Source of the DNA: the human T2T-CHM13v2.0 reference genome, Homo sapiens
Length of the DNA stretch: 64,000 bases
Assembly (NCBI RefSeq): GCF_009914755.1
Contig: NC_060939.1
Direction: 5' to 3' (one strand)
Part shown: one piece after another, positions 10,761 to 26,558 of the stretch
Layout of the letters: the number at the start of each line of letters is the position of its first letter
Numbering within the stretch: position 1 is the stretch's first letter
Translations under genes and position numbers: made by a program
The notes under the pieces: generated by a model
What the model was told of the DNA's origin: nothing
The model's database searches: none
What the model saw: only the letters and a program-made list of their open reading frames with translations

Positions 10761-12932
10761 ATATATCTCCATATCTTTAAGGTCATTTTCTGGAGATTTA
10801 TTTTGTTCCTTTGACTAGGTCACCTTTCTCTATTCTATATATGCCTGTGATCCTTTGTTGAGATTTGGGCATTTGAAGAAACCAGCCACCCCTCTCAGTC
10901 TTTACAAACTGGTTTTATATACAGGAGGATTTGTACCAATCAGCCTAGCTAGAGATTCTGGGGACTCTGAAACCTTTCATTCCCAATAAAAGAGATTTGT
11001 TGTGCTTCTTCTCAGGAGTCCAAAATCCCTTGCACCTCCTGGTGCTTGTCTGCAATACTGTAGTGTCTCTGGTGTAACAAGCCACAATGCTGGCCTTGTT
11101 CTCAGCTGTCCCCAGTCTGACATCCGAAGTACAGTGGAGCCCTGTCTGCACCTCGAGTTAGGCAAGGCCAGCACTAATCCCTTGGCAGCCCCTTGAAAAT
11201 CCAGAACACTGGACACAAATTCAGCTCTTCTCTTTCTCTCTCGAGGGAAAGGCCCCGGGGCAGAGTTTTCTTCCAGTTACACCATATTGCATCCAGGAAG
11301 GGGACAGGGCAGACAGAGTGCAACTCACTTCACCACCTGGATCAACACAGCTTTTCTTGGCTTTGAGCTCACCTGGGATGCTGCAACCTCTTAATTGGGG
11401 TCTGGAACTCTGACAAAAGCAATTTGGTCCATATGTTGTTGTTAAGTCAGTGTCTATGCTGGGGAACAAGAGCCTGGTGAGGGGTTTCTATTCCATCATC
11501 TGGCTGACGTCACTCCTGACCTTTCTTTTCTTTTAAAGCCATTTTCCTGAGTTGATTTGAAGACTCTTCCATATTGTTAGTGTACTAATAATGTGAACCC
11601 AAATTTCTCCCATGTGGATTCTACTTTCAAATACTTATTTTACTCTGAACTTGAAAAGTGAGAATCTCACCTGTGTGAAGAAGCAGGGAAGCCTTCCATT
11701 TCATTCTCTGGCTGCTTTTTGATCTTATCTTTAGGCTGCAGCTTGATGGGTTATATATGTGCTCCAGCTATTTCCTTCTCAACACAAGGAGCTCTTGAAC
11801 TCCCTTGAGGTAGCAGCTTGTCAGCACTTCCAGAGCTTTTCTTGGAGGGCATCAGTCTTTGATTTGGAGGTGGAGATAATGGAAAAAATCTAGTACCCAG
11901 GAGAGGCAGCACCGGCACTTGGGGACAACACCGGTTGTATCTGCACCAGGACACATATTTGAAAACCACAGTGGGTTTTAAAAACAAGGTCCATTTTTAT
12001 GATTATGAAATTAATACATATCTATTGTAAAAAGTATAAAGATTTGAAAAGTAGAAAATAAAATCAGCCACAATCATATCACTTCGTGATAACCACTATA
12101 TTTTAGTCTATTTGCTCTCTGTATTTTACATAGAGATACTTCTTTTTTTCTCCATTATTAGGAACATATTCTCTGTAAAGCCATAACTAAAATATTTTTA
12201 AATTAAGTGAAGGGATCATTTTTATATGCATATTTAGAAACAGAATTTTTTTCTAAAGAAAATGTTTATTTCTTAAAGATTTCAGTGGACATTGGTTTCT
12301 ATAGGGTGAAGAGATGGGAGGGAGGGGATTGGTAATGTGAGTTAATTCCTCCAGGCATTCATGAGGCTAGTGCTTTCTGTTTGTGCATCTTCTAAGCAGC
12401 CTTGTCCTTGTCTTGCCAGACATTTGCAGCTATGAATATGTAGTAAGTGCACAACTGAGGGGCATCTTGTTATGTCTTGCTCGCTCACTCACTCCCTGGT
12501 GGAGGCCAATAGGAAAGCGACAGACTTGGACAAGCTCTTAAGTGCATACCTTTGGGGATGTCAATAGTTTGAAAAGAACTTTTCACTGCACAGTATTGAG
12601 ACAAAATGTTGGCTCCAACTCATTGAGAATTGAGCGAAAGGATCTCACCATTTCTACATAATGGGTCACTTCTAAAATTAAAAAATATATATACAGAAAT
12701 TGTTTTTGCTGATGCAAACTTGACTTGTAAGTTGGTTGGTTAAGTGAAAACATCATTTATGGTAGGGAATCATAAAAAATTGTATGGTCTTATTTCAGCC
12801 TAAAACATACATATGTATGTTCATTCATGAGAAGTTTGATGTTTGGGCTAATGTATTTCCTTCGTGTATGGGTCTGCTGATTAGAGTCCAGCAACTTTCT
12901 TATACAATCACAATAAGAACCAGCATTATATA

Positions 12933-13115
12933 GTAGAATTGCCAGAATTAACACATAAAAATATAGGATGCCCACTAAAGTTGAATTCATATTGACAAAA
13001 CAAATATATTTTAGTATAGGTATGTCTCAAATATTGCATAAGGTATATTCACACTAAAATTTTGTGTGTGTGTATTTGAAATTCAAATTTAACTGGGCCT
13101 CCTGTATTTTATGCA
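12933..13115. mobile_element. MER53 palindromic MITE
   Basis: ttgccagaatt...aggatgcccactaaagttgaatt...aattcaaatttaactgggcctcctgtatttt. Confidence 0.8.
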
Positions 13116-13444
13116 GTAACTCTGTTATGTAATCTACATCACACCTGTAATCCGTCATCTTTGAGTTTAGTTTTTCTTGCATTATTGTTGTAACTCCTAT
13201 GGGCAACACCGGCATAAGCAAAGGTTGTCTGTTCCGGAACAAGTGATGTCTGCTGAGGGGTCCACTGTACACATGCCCATCGCATAAGTTCACTCAAGTA
13301 AAACTTGGGTCTAGAGTAACAATAGGAGAGAAGACGTGTGCCAGAAGAAAATGAAGCTGATTTCACGTAATGACAGGCTGGAACTGAACAGAAGCTCCAT
13401 AGGGGAACCCTCATTTTGTTTCTCATCAGGGCCATATTCACTCT

Positions 13445-14163
13445 CATACCCACACCACACACCATACACCACACATCCACCCGCCACACCACACACATAC
13501 TTATACCACGCACACACGTATCAGGTGCACACACCCACACCACACACCACATACCACACAGGCACACACTTACACCACACACACATCAGGTGTACACGCA
13601 CCACATACCACACACAACACATACACTTCCCCACACCACACACCACATACCACATAGACATACATACCACACATACACACACACCCCTCCACACCACACA
13701 CCACATATACCACACAGACACACATTCACATCACACACACACATAATCAGGCACACACACACATACACACACCCCAAACACATACCATATACATCCTACA
13801 CATACCACACACACACGCCACACACATACTCCATACCACACACACAGCACCACACACAGCACACATAACACACAGACACACCACATACATGCATATCAAC
13901 CACTTCACATATCACACACACCACACACATACACATCAGGCATACACACACACCACCCACACACCCCATACACCACACACATCACATACCACGCATATCA
14001 TATACCACACACATCACACAGATCACACACACACCACACTATACACACATACACACCACACACATATCACACACACCCCACACCACACCACATACACCAC
14101 ACACATCGCACACAGTACACACGTATGCCACACACACCACACACACGCACATGATACACACAT
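13445..14163. repeat. CA-rich low-complexity/degenerate minisatellite
   Basis: About 720 bp of cacacaccacatac-type units, with atcagg recurring. Confidence 0.95.
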
Positions 14164-15122
14164 GCTCCTCCATTGTTGTTTCATTCCTCTATCAAGCTCG
14201 TACCTAATTTTTTTCTCCAAAAATGCCTGCAGCCTTGTAGATTCAATATTTAGGAGCACATTCCTCTTTCACGGTATGTGAGATATGAGAGGAAGGGAAG
14301 AAGCTGCTTTCGTTGAACTTGAAGTGGGCTGTTTCCAGAGGAAAACGTCTCCCCCACACCTGCCCCCTGCGCAGCACTGAGGCTGAGGTGGGAAGAGTGG
14401 ACCCCGGCTGGGTCCCGACTTCAAGATTTGCAGTTGAGCAACAAGAACTCTTCCTGGAGGGAGGTGCCTCTGTGGTAGCAGATTCCTCAGAGAACTTTTG
14501 TAGACACACGTACACATACACATACATACATGTAACGTACACATACATACATGTATAGAGTTTGGTAGGTGTGTGCTTGTAATACATAGACTTCTTTTTG
14601 TCTGCTTAGAAAATATGAAAAGAACTTTTGTGCCGAAAGAAAGATCGCCAGTTTTCATTCTCTATGCTTGAATTGCTCTGAAAAAAAAAAAGTGTAAAAT
14701 CTTTGAAAGTAATACTGTGTATCCATTCTCTGAGGCAAAGTACCCAGGAAAAAATTTCTATCCACCTACCTACCTACCTACCTATCTATCTTGTCTTAGA
14801 GTTATATGCCTCAGCTATTTATTCTAGAATCTTAAATGTGGACCCCATTGACTGAAGAGTAGCTGGGTCCCCATGCAGAGGGACCTTGTGATGTCCAGCC
14901 TTTCTTCAAAGGGACAATGGCCATTGACTTGGGTAACTATCCACTGGGGAACTGACATATCCAGGTCACATCTGCTCCTGACTGACCCACAGGAGGCTAC
15001 AAAGCCCCTGCCTTTTTGTCTTTGAGGTGGACCCCTATGTAGAAATAGCCAGGCTTCAGAGTTCCCTGTAGGACTGACGGAAGCATCCCTGTGCACTTGC
15101 TGCTTCTACCCTGTCCTGCTTC

Positions 15123-15828
15123 TGTAACCACCCAATGGGTTCACTTTTCCTGCTGCCTAGTCAGAGCCAATTTATTAAGATGGGGGATTGCAATGGAGAA
15201 AGAGTAATTCATGCAGAGCCAGCTGTGCGGGAGACTGGAATTTTATTCTTACTCCAATCAGCCTCCCTGAGCATTCAAGGATTAGCGTTTTTAAAGATAA
15301 TTTGGTGGGTAGGGGCTTGGGAAGTGGGAAGCGCTGATTGATCAGGTTGGAATTATAGGGGGTTGAAGTGAGTTTCTCTTGCTGTCTTCTGTTCCTGGAT
15401 GGGATGGCAGAACTGGCTGAGCCAGATTACCATCAGTCTGGGTGGTGTAAGCTGGTCCATCGAGTGCAGGCTCTGCAAAATGTCTCAAGCATTGATCTTA
15501 TCCCTAGGAGCAATTTGGGGAGGTTCAGACTCTTGGAGCCAGAGGCTGCATGACCCCTAAACTATAATTTCTAATCTTGTAGCTAATTTGTTAGTCCTGC
15601 AAAAGCAGACTGATCCCCAGGCAAGAAGGGGGTCTTTTTGAGAAAGGGCTGTTATCAATTTTGTTTCAGAGTCAAACCATGAACTGAATTCCTTCCCAAA
15701 GTTAGTTTGGCCTATGGCCAGGAATGAAAAAGCATAGCTTAAAGGTTAGAAACAAGATGGAGTTGGTTAGGTCTGATTTTTTTCACTGTCATAATTTCCT
15801 CAGTTATAATTTTGCAAAGGCGGTTTCC
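15123..15828 (-). mobile_element. Solo LTR8 (ERV1)
   Basis: Reverse complement begins gaaaccgcctttgcaaaattataactgaggaaattatgacagtg and ends gggtggttaca. Confidence 0.9.
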
Positions 15829-16419
15829 TCTCCCAGGGTTGCTCCTGAGCATGCCCAACACACTTCCTGTGCACAGTTCTGAGTCTCCAAGTCTCTCCCA
15901 GGGAGCCCCACCCTTAGAGCACATCATTATACATGCATTCAGTGTCTCTCACTTGGACCAATTAACATTGCAGGTGTAGTTTAATCTTGTCAGCTACTGG
16001 TCACTGTGAGTGAAATTGCTTGAGGGTATTTGTTCATCACACCTTTGAGGGAGTGGTGAGTGAGATGTCCCCAAGCATCCTGCCCTGCCTGCCAGTTTCC
16101 TCCCAGTCAGCATCTGGCCATCCTCTGGAGTGAACCATGGCTAACAGGGTGATAGATTATTTTACTCAGAGGGAGGCTCAGGGCAGGAATAGGGGGAGGA
16201 AGAGTAAAAAATTCTCTCCTCTTTCTTTCCCAGATGATGGCAAAGGTTTACTGCTACTTGAATTAAGCATCTGCCCACTGTGGATAAAGACACACCATAT
16301 CCACTTTCTATCAGCTTCCATGGGCTGGAAGAGTGGAGTTGGGCTGTGTTCTTGGTGGTGAGGATGTGTTGCCTTTCCCCCAGGTAGGGTGGGGTGGCTG
16401 GTGGCGCTAACTATTTTCC

Positions 16420-17240
16420 CTGGATGTCTAAGCAACACCCAAGATCAAGCATCTGCCTTGAGTCCCTACCTTTTCCCTCGGGTGTTAAATTTCTACTGGA
16501 CATTTCCAAGGACCATGCCACAAATATTTCAAGCTCAATGTGTTCCAAAACAGACTCATTCTATTTGCTCCTGATTCCCACACCTGCTCTTCTTGTCTTC
16601 CCTGCCTTGGTTGTGGGTCCCTGTGCTCACCCTGTTCCCTACTCAGGGATCTGGAAATGATTCTTGATCCCATTCTTTCCTTATCCTACCAAAAACCTCC
16701 ATCTCATCTGTTGTCCAGTCCTATTGACCCTCTCTCTTACATATCTCTAGAACCCATGTCCTCCTCTCCAGCCTCAGAGCCCCTGTAGATTTCAGGGCCT
16801 CACTCTCATGCTTTGGCTATGGAAGGATTGAGTCTCTTACTTGGCCCATCTACCTTTAGTGGCTCCTTCCAACCCCACCACTCCTCTGCTAGAGCGGTCT
16901 TTGTAGGAAACAGATTCGATAATGTTGACAGATTGGCTTGGTGTTGAGCAGTGACACGGCCCCTCATCACTGGCTACTCAGTCGGGTGAATTTCAAAGTT
17001 TCACAGAACCTGGAGCTAGTCCTTTTTCACCTGTTTTAGATCCTGGGCTTGGGAGAGTTTAGACGCTGTTATGATGCAATACTGACCACTTATATTTCTT
17101 TAAACACTCTAGGTTGCTTCACAATTTTTTTTTGTACATCTATCCTTTCTGCCTGGAATGATCTTTCGTGTTCCTACAATTTGATAGATCCCTGACTATA
17201 TCTCAGGGTGTTACCTCATCTTTGAAGCCCTCTTGAATCC
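16420..17240 (+). mobile_element. L2 fragment
   Basis: tcaagctcaatgtgttccaaaacagactc and ctttctgcctggaatg motifs. Confidence 0.6.
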
Positions 17241-17681
17241 AGGAGCAGGGCCCATCTCTCAAAGGCCACCTCAGTTTTACCTTCTACCATTTGGGATTCA
17301 GAAGAAGTTGCCTGTTTGGACTCTATAAATCCATGATATTTTGGATTCTGTCTATTTTATTTTATCTCCACTTGCAGACTGGCCAGTTCTTTTCTGGGTT
17401 TATCTTTTTTTCTTGTAAAAACTTGCTAAACACAACCAGTAATAATTGGCATGTACAGCTAATGTTTTCCAACCTCTTCTCCTAGAGTTGAAAGTTCTTA
17501 TGACCTGACTTCTCAGTTATTGCAGGCAATTATTTTACTAAATATTTTGCCACAACATTGTATAGACTGTGATCATTTTGGCTTCCCATAGCAATTTCCC
17601 TCACCCTTGTACTGTTTGGCATGTAAGCTCATGCCACATATAGATTCTTTATTATGCTCCGATTGTGGTACTAACTTTTGC

Positions 17682-18240
17682 ATCAGCATGATAGGTTAGG
17701 TTCTGCTGTGGGAATAAGTCCAAAATGTCACTGCTTAAACAGGCAGACATTTGTCTCTTTGTCACACTGCATGCCTACTGATGCTTTGGTCTCTGCTTCA
17801 TGTCTTGGTCACTTTGGACACAGGCTGACAGGGACCTGCCATGTGGAGTGCAGATGGTTCCTGCAGTAGAAGAAAAGAGAGCAATACAAAAATTAGCGGG
17901 GCATGGTGGCAGGCACCTGTAACCTCAGCTACTTGGGAGGCTGAGGCAGGAGAATTGCTTGAACCGAGAAGGCAAAGTTGCAGTGAGCTGAGATTGAACC
18001 ATTCACTCCAGCCTGGGTGACAGAGAGAGACTCCATCTCAAAAAAAAAAAAAAAAAAAAGAGCATCGCAAATCTTACCTTAGTCCTTAAAGCCTCTGCCC
18101 AGCAGTGACACACATCACTTCTTCTCACACTTCAGTGCCAATTCATGCCTTGTGGCCACATCTCAATTCAAGGAGGTAGGAGCTGTGATCCCACCTCTGC
18201 AATGGGGAATATTTGATGCTGAGGCCTTATGGCTACCATG
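17682..18240 (-). mobile_element. Old MLT1 (J/K-like) LTR interrupted by an Alu right arm (17883-18059, +)
   Basis: gataggttaggttctgctgtg...gcttaaaca motif. Alu half flanked by an aaaag(ag)agca TSD. Confidence 0.55.
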
Positions 18241-18289
18241 AAGTTCCTCACTGATTTGGGGGATGTAGAAGAATTTGCTTCTGAACTGT

Positions 18290-19013
<724 letters not shown>

Positions 19014-19141
19014 ACTGTCCAGGCCTGGCAACTTTTTGAAAGGCATTTTTGGGGGCTTTCTTTCCAATAGTTTCAATATTCACTAATGTATTCACATTTT
19101 TGCTTATTCTGCATCAATTTAGTATTTTCTATATTTTCTTC

Positions 19142-19467
<326 letters not shown>

Positions 19468-19484
19468 TAAGAAATAATAAGAAG

Positions 19485-20115
19485 CCTCATGCATTGCTGG
19501 CGAAAATGTAAAGTGGTATAGCTACCATAGAAAACAGCTTGGCAGTTTCTCAAAAAAAATAAACAGAGTTACCATATGACCCAGCAAACTCTACTCCTAG
19601 GTGTTTGCCCAGAGATCTGGGCACATCTGTCCATAGGAAATATTCAGTACAGCATTATTCATAAAAGCCAAAAAGTGGAAACAACCTACATGTCCATCAA
19701 GTGCTGAAAGCATAACAAAATGTGGCATATCCATACAATGGAGTATTATTCAGCCTTCAAAAGGAATGGAATACTGATACAAGCTACAATATAGCTGAGC
19801 CTTGAAAACATTGAATTCAGTAAAATAACTAGACACCAAAGGACACACATTGTATGATTCCATTTATATGAAATGTCCAGAACAGGCAAATCCATAGAGA
19901 CAGAAAGTGGATTAGTAGTTTCTGGGGGTTGGAGTAGAAGTGGGTATGAAGGTGGCTGCTAAGGTGTATGGGGTTCCTTCACGGGGTGATGAGAACATAC
20001 TGGAATTAGTGCTGATGGTTAGCAACATTAAGTATAGTGAAAACCATTGAATTGTATACTTTAAAAGAATGAGCATTATGGTATAGAATTATATTCCAAT
20101 AGAGCAGTTATTTAA
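19485..20115 (+). mobile_element. Old L1 (L1MB-like) 3' end
   Basis: acagagttaccatatgacccagca...gattccatttatatgaaatgtccagaacaggcaaatccatagagacagaaag. Confidence 0.85.
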
Positions 20116-20446
20116 AGAAAAGAAATCATCAGAATTTGTAATCTTCATATCCTGAATGAGACGAGCTCTCTAATGCCCTCCCAGGTCCCTGTCCAACTCT
20201 TTCCTTGACTTTCTTCAAGGCTCTTCCCACTTACACTGGCTCTGACATGCATCATCCTTCCCACGAAGTTCAGGCCTCTGTAAAGTTGAGGAACATGGTA
20301 TCTAATTTAGGGCTGTTGGATTTCAAGTCCAGGCCATGAATCTGATGATGCCCACAAGCTTCAAGGTACTGATAAGGACATATCAAAACTAAAGAAAGAA
20401 TGATAATGCTAGAATTATTGCTGTTATATATTCTTTAAAAAGAACT

Positions 20447-20740
20447 TTTTTCAGAGACAGGGTTTCACTCTGTTGCCCAGTCTGGAGGGCAGTGGCACAA
20501 TCACAGCTTACTGTAGCCTTGACCACCCAGGCTTGAGTGATCCTCCCTCCTACCTCAGCCTCCCGAGTAGCTGGGACTACAGGTGCACACCACCATGCCT
20601 GCTAATTTATTATTTTTTTTTGTAGAGACAAGGTCTCCCTATGTTCTCCAAGCTGCTCTCAAACTCCTGGGCTCAAGTGATCCTCCCACCTCAGTCTCCC
20701 AAGGTGCTGGGATTACAGGCATGAGCCACCCCGCCCAGCC
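20447..20740 (-). mobile_element. AluJ
   Basis: TSD ctgttatatattctttaa. Confidence 0.9.
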
Positions 20741-21706
20741 CTGTTATATATTCTTTAACACCAGGGCTCACCAGGGAAAATGCCAAATGCCAACACTGTA
20801 GTTGTGAATACATGTTTGCAAAAGAAGAAAAATGGTATCCTTTACCAGTGAGTCTCAATAGAGCAGAGGGGAAATACAGAGAGGAAAACATGTTGCTTGA
20901 AAAAACAAATTTGAACTCACCGTTGCCATCACCTGGTTTTAGCGATGATTCATGGGATACCCCAGATAACATCCAGGGAAGGCATGGGCAATTTCTGTTT
21001 GTCAAAAGGGCTCATGAGCTAAACTGTATTAAATTGCATTTTGTCTGTCATGTGTGAGTCTATAAATGTGTTTAATATATGGCTGTCCTCCTCTCCTGTT
21101 AGATAACACACTTGTGAGGACAGGGCCACGTCTTTTGTGTCTTCTGCTTGGCGTCCTTGAGAGCATGGTCTATATTTATGATGTAGCCTTGGTTTCATCA
21201 ACTGTAAATTCTGGATAATAGCTATGCTCCTCACAGCATCATGGGTGAATTTAAACAAGAACACCAAAAAGAATGCACACAAAGCCTCTAGGTTCACCCC
21301 CGAGCTTTTCTGTTCCTTGGGAAGAAAACAAATGTGGAGAAGGGGTTGAGGTCGTGGATAGGGAATGGGGGTGTTTCTGCTGCTCCAGCCAGGCTGTGGC
21401 AAGGCTGTGGACCTGGGGAAGAACACAGCAGAGGCCACCAAGCATCTCCAACCCCCTCAAGGGGCTGGCTTGCTGAGCACCATGCCTCAGCCCTCGGCTG
21501 CAGAGATGGCAGCAGCCATTGTGGCCCTGTGGCTCCTGAGGACTCATTTACCCTCAAGGATTCTCTTCACTGCCCACACTGGGGACAGCTGTGGCTAAAC
21601 CCACCAAAGTCAGTTCAGGTGAAGGCTCTAGAGGACGAAGAGGCCAATGTGGGTGAATCGAGCCTCCTGTAAGGAGTTTCTTTCTATTTCGCATATGTTT
21701 TACTCT

Positions 21707-21845
21707 AGGGCTGCCAGATTTAGCATTAAAAACACAGGACATTTGTTAAATTTGAATTTCAGATAAATAACAAATAGTGTTTTAGCATACAGATGTCTCC
21801 AACATTGCAAACTTAACTGGGTGTCCTGCATTGTATCCGATGGCA
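21707..21845. mobile_element. MER53, internally deleted
   Basis: tagggctgccagatttagc...gttaaatttgaatttcagataaa...ttaactgggtgtcctg. Confidence 0.8.
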
Positions 21846-23155
21846 TAGAATCACAGAGTTGGACCGTGATCACTTATTGACCTACTGCATTGCGTTAGTC
21901 AAAACATATTTGAATTACCCTAAGCAAGGTTAGAGCCCACCTCTCTTGAACTTTTTTGCTTCAAGGACATTGTAACATCGATTCCAAGTCTAGTCTTGTG
22001 GTATCTTTAGTCTCTGCGTGGGTATGTATATGTGCACGTGCATGTGGCTGGTAGAAAGAAAAACATCTTTCTGTCCCTCTGTAGAACAAAGAAGTGTGTG
22101 CTGGCAGACCTGGGTTAGGCCCCGTGTCAGCCTCGTCTTCTGTCATTTGTGAGCACTTGAATTGCTGGTGAGTCAGAGAACCTGGCAGAATAGGACATTT
22201 TGTGACAGTCTCAGAGAATAGAAGATGATCTTAACAAAGCCCTATGTATTCCAAACTCTCAAGCAAGATCTCTTCAAAAAAAAAAAATGAAAGGTAGGAT
22301 GACAAAAATATGCTAAATGTTACTTTTAAAGACAGAAGTATCATGTTTCTCACACTTTAGCACATAATTTAACAAATCGAGCTGTCAGTCGTTATAAATG
22401 CATATGATTACTTTTTTTGAGGTGCATAAACCTTCTAAAATGAAAAATGCATTCATGAACAACTAATACCAGGAATGTTTATAAGGAAACATGTTTGCAT
22501 GTTGAAGTGTGACTGCTAGCAATTTGATAAAAGGTTTTTCCCATCTGTGAAGAAAGAAATGTATATTTTGACCTCCAAATGAGAAAAAAGCACTTCCTGG
22601 CCTTACTCAATTTCATGGCAGACATCTACGTCTATCACTCAACTTGCTCTGGAGAACAACAGGGTGGTCTCTCATTTTTCTGCTTGGTTTAGTTCAAAGA
22701 TTAAGAAGTACGTGCAGCTGAATGGAAGCAACTTTCTCTTTATTATCTTCTCATTTTTATCCGTGTAATTTTTACCCCCAAAGAATAGAAAAAGTCATGA
22801 ATTGTTGGCCTGGTTGCCATTGACTCCCAGCTCTTTCTATATCTTTCAGCATTGTACAAGGGGGTTTCTTTTCCCCATTTTAACCAACTGATTAAGTTAG
22901 ATTTAACATAGGTGAAGACTTTCTTTCCTTCCAATTCAAATACACTGTTCCTGCTTTGAGTTTCTGCAAAGGTAGTTCCTCCTTCTCTCTCCACAGACTC
23001 TGGCCTCAAAGATTTACCTCCTTCCCTGGAATTGTTGGACCTGCGGGGGTGCAGCCCCTAGTTGACATTCTGTAGCTCCTTTTCTGAGCTGGATATCATG
23101 CCTCAAGTGCCAGCGTGCTCAAAAGGAAGAGGGTGCTTGGCTGTCCCCAATCCTT

Positions 23156-23780
<625 letters not shown>

Positions 23781-23844
23781 TAAATATTTATTCAAGGCCA
23801 GATATTTCAACACGTTTTGGATTCTGAATATGTGTTCAACAGTG

Positions 23845-24040
23845 ACACTATGGAATGTTAGAATGGAGGATTCTGTGGTGAGGGGGACTGGCCTGTGCAT
23901 TGTAGGGTGTTTAGCAGCATTCCTAACCTCTCCTCACAAGGTATGAGTAGCATCCTCATAGTTGTGACAACCAAAAATAACTAAACATTGCTATTAGTCC
24001 TCTAGGAGATACAATTGCTCCCAACCAGACCCACTGGGCT
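23845..24040 (+). mobile_element. MER20 (hAT-Charlie)
   Basis: cctgtgcattgtagggtgtttagcagcat...gttgtgacaaccaaaaat. Confidence 0.8.
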
Positions 24041-24171
24041 ACAATAACACTACATTACCTCAGCTACCGCACCTTAGTGAAGTGTTTGGGATCTCAATGA
24101 AACGCTTGGGGTATGTAGTAGGGTCTCACTGCTCCACATGCCTCCATTCAGCTCACAACCCCAAATCAGCT

Positions 24172-24174
24172 ATT

Positions 24175-24205
<31 letters not shown>

Positions 24206-24352
24206 GAGATGGAGTCTCGCTCTGTCACCAGACTGGAGTGAGTGGTGCAATCTCAGCTCACTGCAACCTCTGCCTCCTGGGTTCAAGCCATTCTCCTGCC
24301 TCAGCCTCCCAAGTAGCTGGGACTAAAGGCATGTGCCACCACACTCAGCTAA

Positions 24353-24402
<50 letters not shown>

Positions 24403-24519
24403 GTAGAGACAGGGTTTCACCATGTTGGCCAGGATGGTCTCTATCTCCTGACCTTGCGATCCACCTGCCTCGGCCTCCCAAAGTGCTGGGATTACAGGCG
24501 TGAGCCACCACACCCGGCC
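24172..24519 (-). mobile_element. AluS with (TG)n in the central linker
   Basis: TSD caaatcagctatt. Confidence 0.92.
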
Positions 24520-25269
24520 GCTTCAAATCAGCTATTATTTGATGGACCTCATGGAGTTTCAGTCTATGCAGAAATAGCTTCGTATTTTGCCAAAAATTTC
24601 AGGGGATCACTATGCAGACATACAGTAATTTTCATCTTCGAAGCTGTGTCTTCTCCTATGTCTTGTTCTGCAAATTCCATCCTACTTAGCAGCTTAGAAC
24701 TTAGCTTTCTCTTTGGGCTCTATCCCTCTTCTTGCAGTTTGGAAAGTGCCCTTAGGCAGAAAGTTGGATGAACACAGGCTCACTCAGTGTATTTCCCTTT
24801 TCTCAAGGATCACAGCTCTATACTATGTACTTTTCAATGCCTGAAAACATTGCTTCATATATTTTGTCCATTTTTGTATTGTTTATAGTGGAAAGTATGT
24901 CTGATAATCACTACTTTGTTAAGGAAAGTGACTTGGCTGTCTCTTCACTCTAGTGCTATATATTTGCAATTGATTATTAATTATTTAAATGGATACAGTT
25001 ACAATCCTGCATGAAGAGCCAAAGATGCCAACAAGACAAAACAACAGGCAACTTAAAGAAATCCAGTGCTTCATATGTTTGGAGCACTTTCAATGAACAA
25101 CTGAGACACCATGACATTTATACTTTATGTGAGATTCTATTTGACTTACACAGGCACTGGAATGTATGGCACCATGTTATGATAATATAATTGTTCTTGT
25201 ATTTTATTAAGAGTGGTAGTCAATCATTCATCAAATGACAATCACTGCAATATAACGTAGATCAACTGA

Positions 25270-25740
25270 TAATCCAAATCCCTTCTTTAAATGAAGAAAT
25301 TGATACCCAAAGAGGGTAAATGACTTATCCAGGGCCACACAGCTAGTTAATCTCAGAATTCAATCTTAAAGGAAGGGTTCTTCCTCAGCTGATCCTCTCT
25401 CCAGTTCACCATGCTCAAACCCTGGACCTCTGACACTCTTCTTCTTCCCACTCACAAATGTACCCAGAGTATACAAAATTAGAGAGGAGCCTGTTGTCTC
25501 CTCTCCATTCATTTTTAGGCTGGTTAAATAAGCCATCTGTAACAAAGAGATAATTTGCTGTAATGGAAAGAACATTGACTTGGAACACAAGTGATATGGG
25601 TTCTTCTCTTAGTGCAATCACTGATGTCTCATGATCTGCCAACTGATTGGTCCACTGCTCTCAGTCTCAGTTTTCTCACCTTAAAATAATTAGATAATGT
25701 CATTTCTAATGTTCCTACTACTTCCAACATCCAATGTGAT
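25270..25740. mobile_element. Two MIR fragments (25270-25365 -, 25555-25740 +)
   Basis: taaatgacttatccagggccacacagctagt and ctcagttttctcacc core motifs. Confidence 0.6.
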
Positions 25741-25875
25741 GTGAGAACATGGCATGTGTTTAATGGCTACATTCCATTAAAGGTAACAGAAGGTAATAAA
25801 AGTTGAAGGAAACATGTACTGTTTTATCCCTGTGGCTGAATATGTAAGTGCCTGCAACTGTGGGAGAATTGTTCC

Positions 25876-25918
<43 letters not shown>

Positions 25919-25949
25919 ATAGAGAAAGAGTATAAGCAGCAGCATTATG

Positions 25950-26558
<609 letters not shown>

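Larger units (their letters stand above)
7220..11518 (-). mobile_element. Ancient L1M composite (3' end, ORF1 region and 5'UTR), interrupted by Alus and a younger L1
   Basis: L1MB-like 3'UTR at 7220-8640, ORF1-like sequence at 8645-8678 and 9970-10480, 5'UTR-like end ccatcatctggctgacgtcactcc near 11500. Confidence 0.7.

Noticed and set aside
12933-13115. MER53 hairpin as a miR-1302-family precursor
   Set aside because: The segment corresponding to the mature sequence is heavily diverged, and the second MER53 at 21.7 kb lacks that arm.
13139-14281. His/Thr-rich and Cys/Val-rich ORFs
   Set aside because: Artefacts of the CA-rich low-complexity tract.
14880-15915. Older LTR16-like element split by LTR8
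   Set aside because: Only short diverged motifs are visible, so the boundaries cannot be supported.
24082-24771. 229-aa ORF (likewise 62699-63391 and many shorter ones)
   Set aside because: Antisense Alu read-through with typical [12 protein letters not shown]-type peptides.
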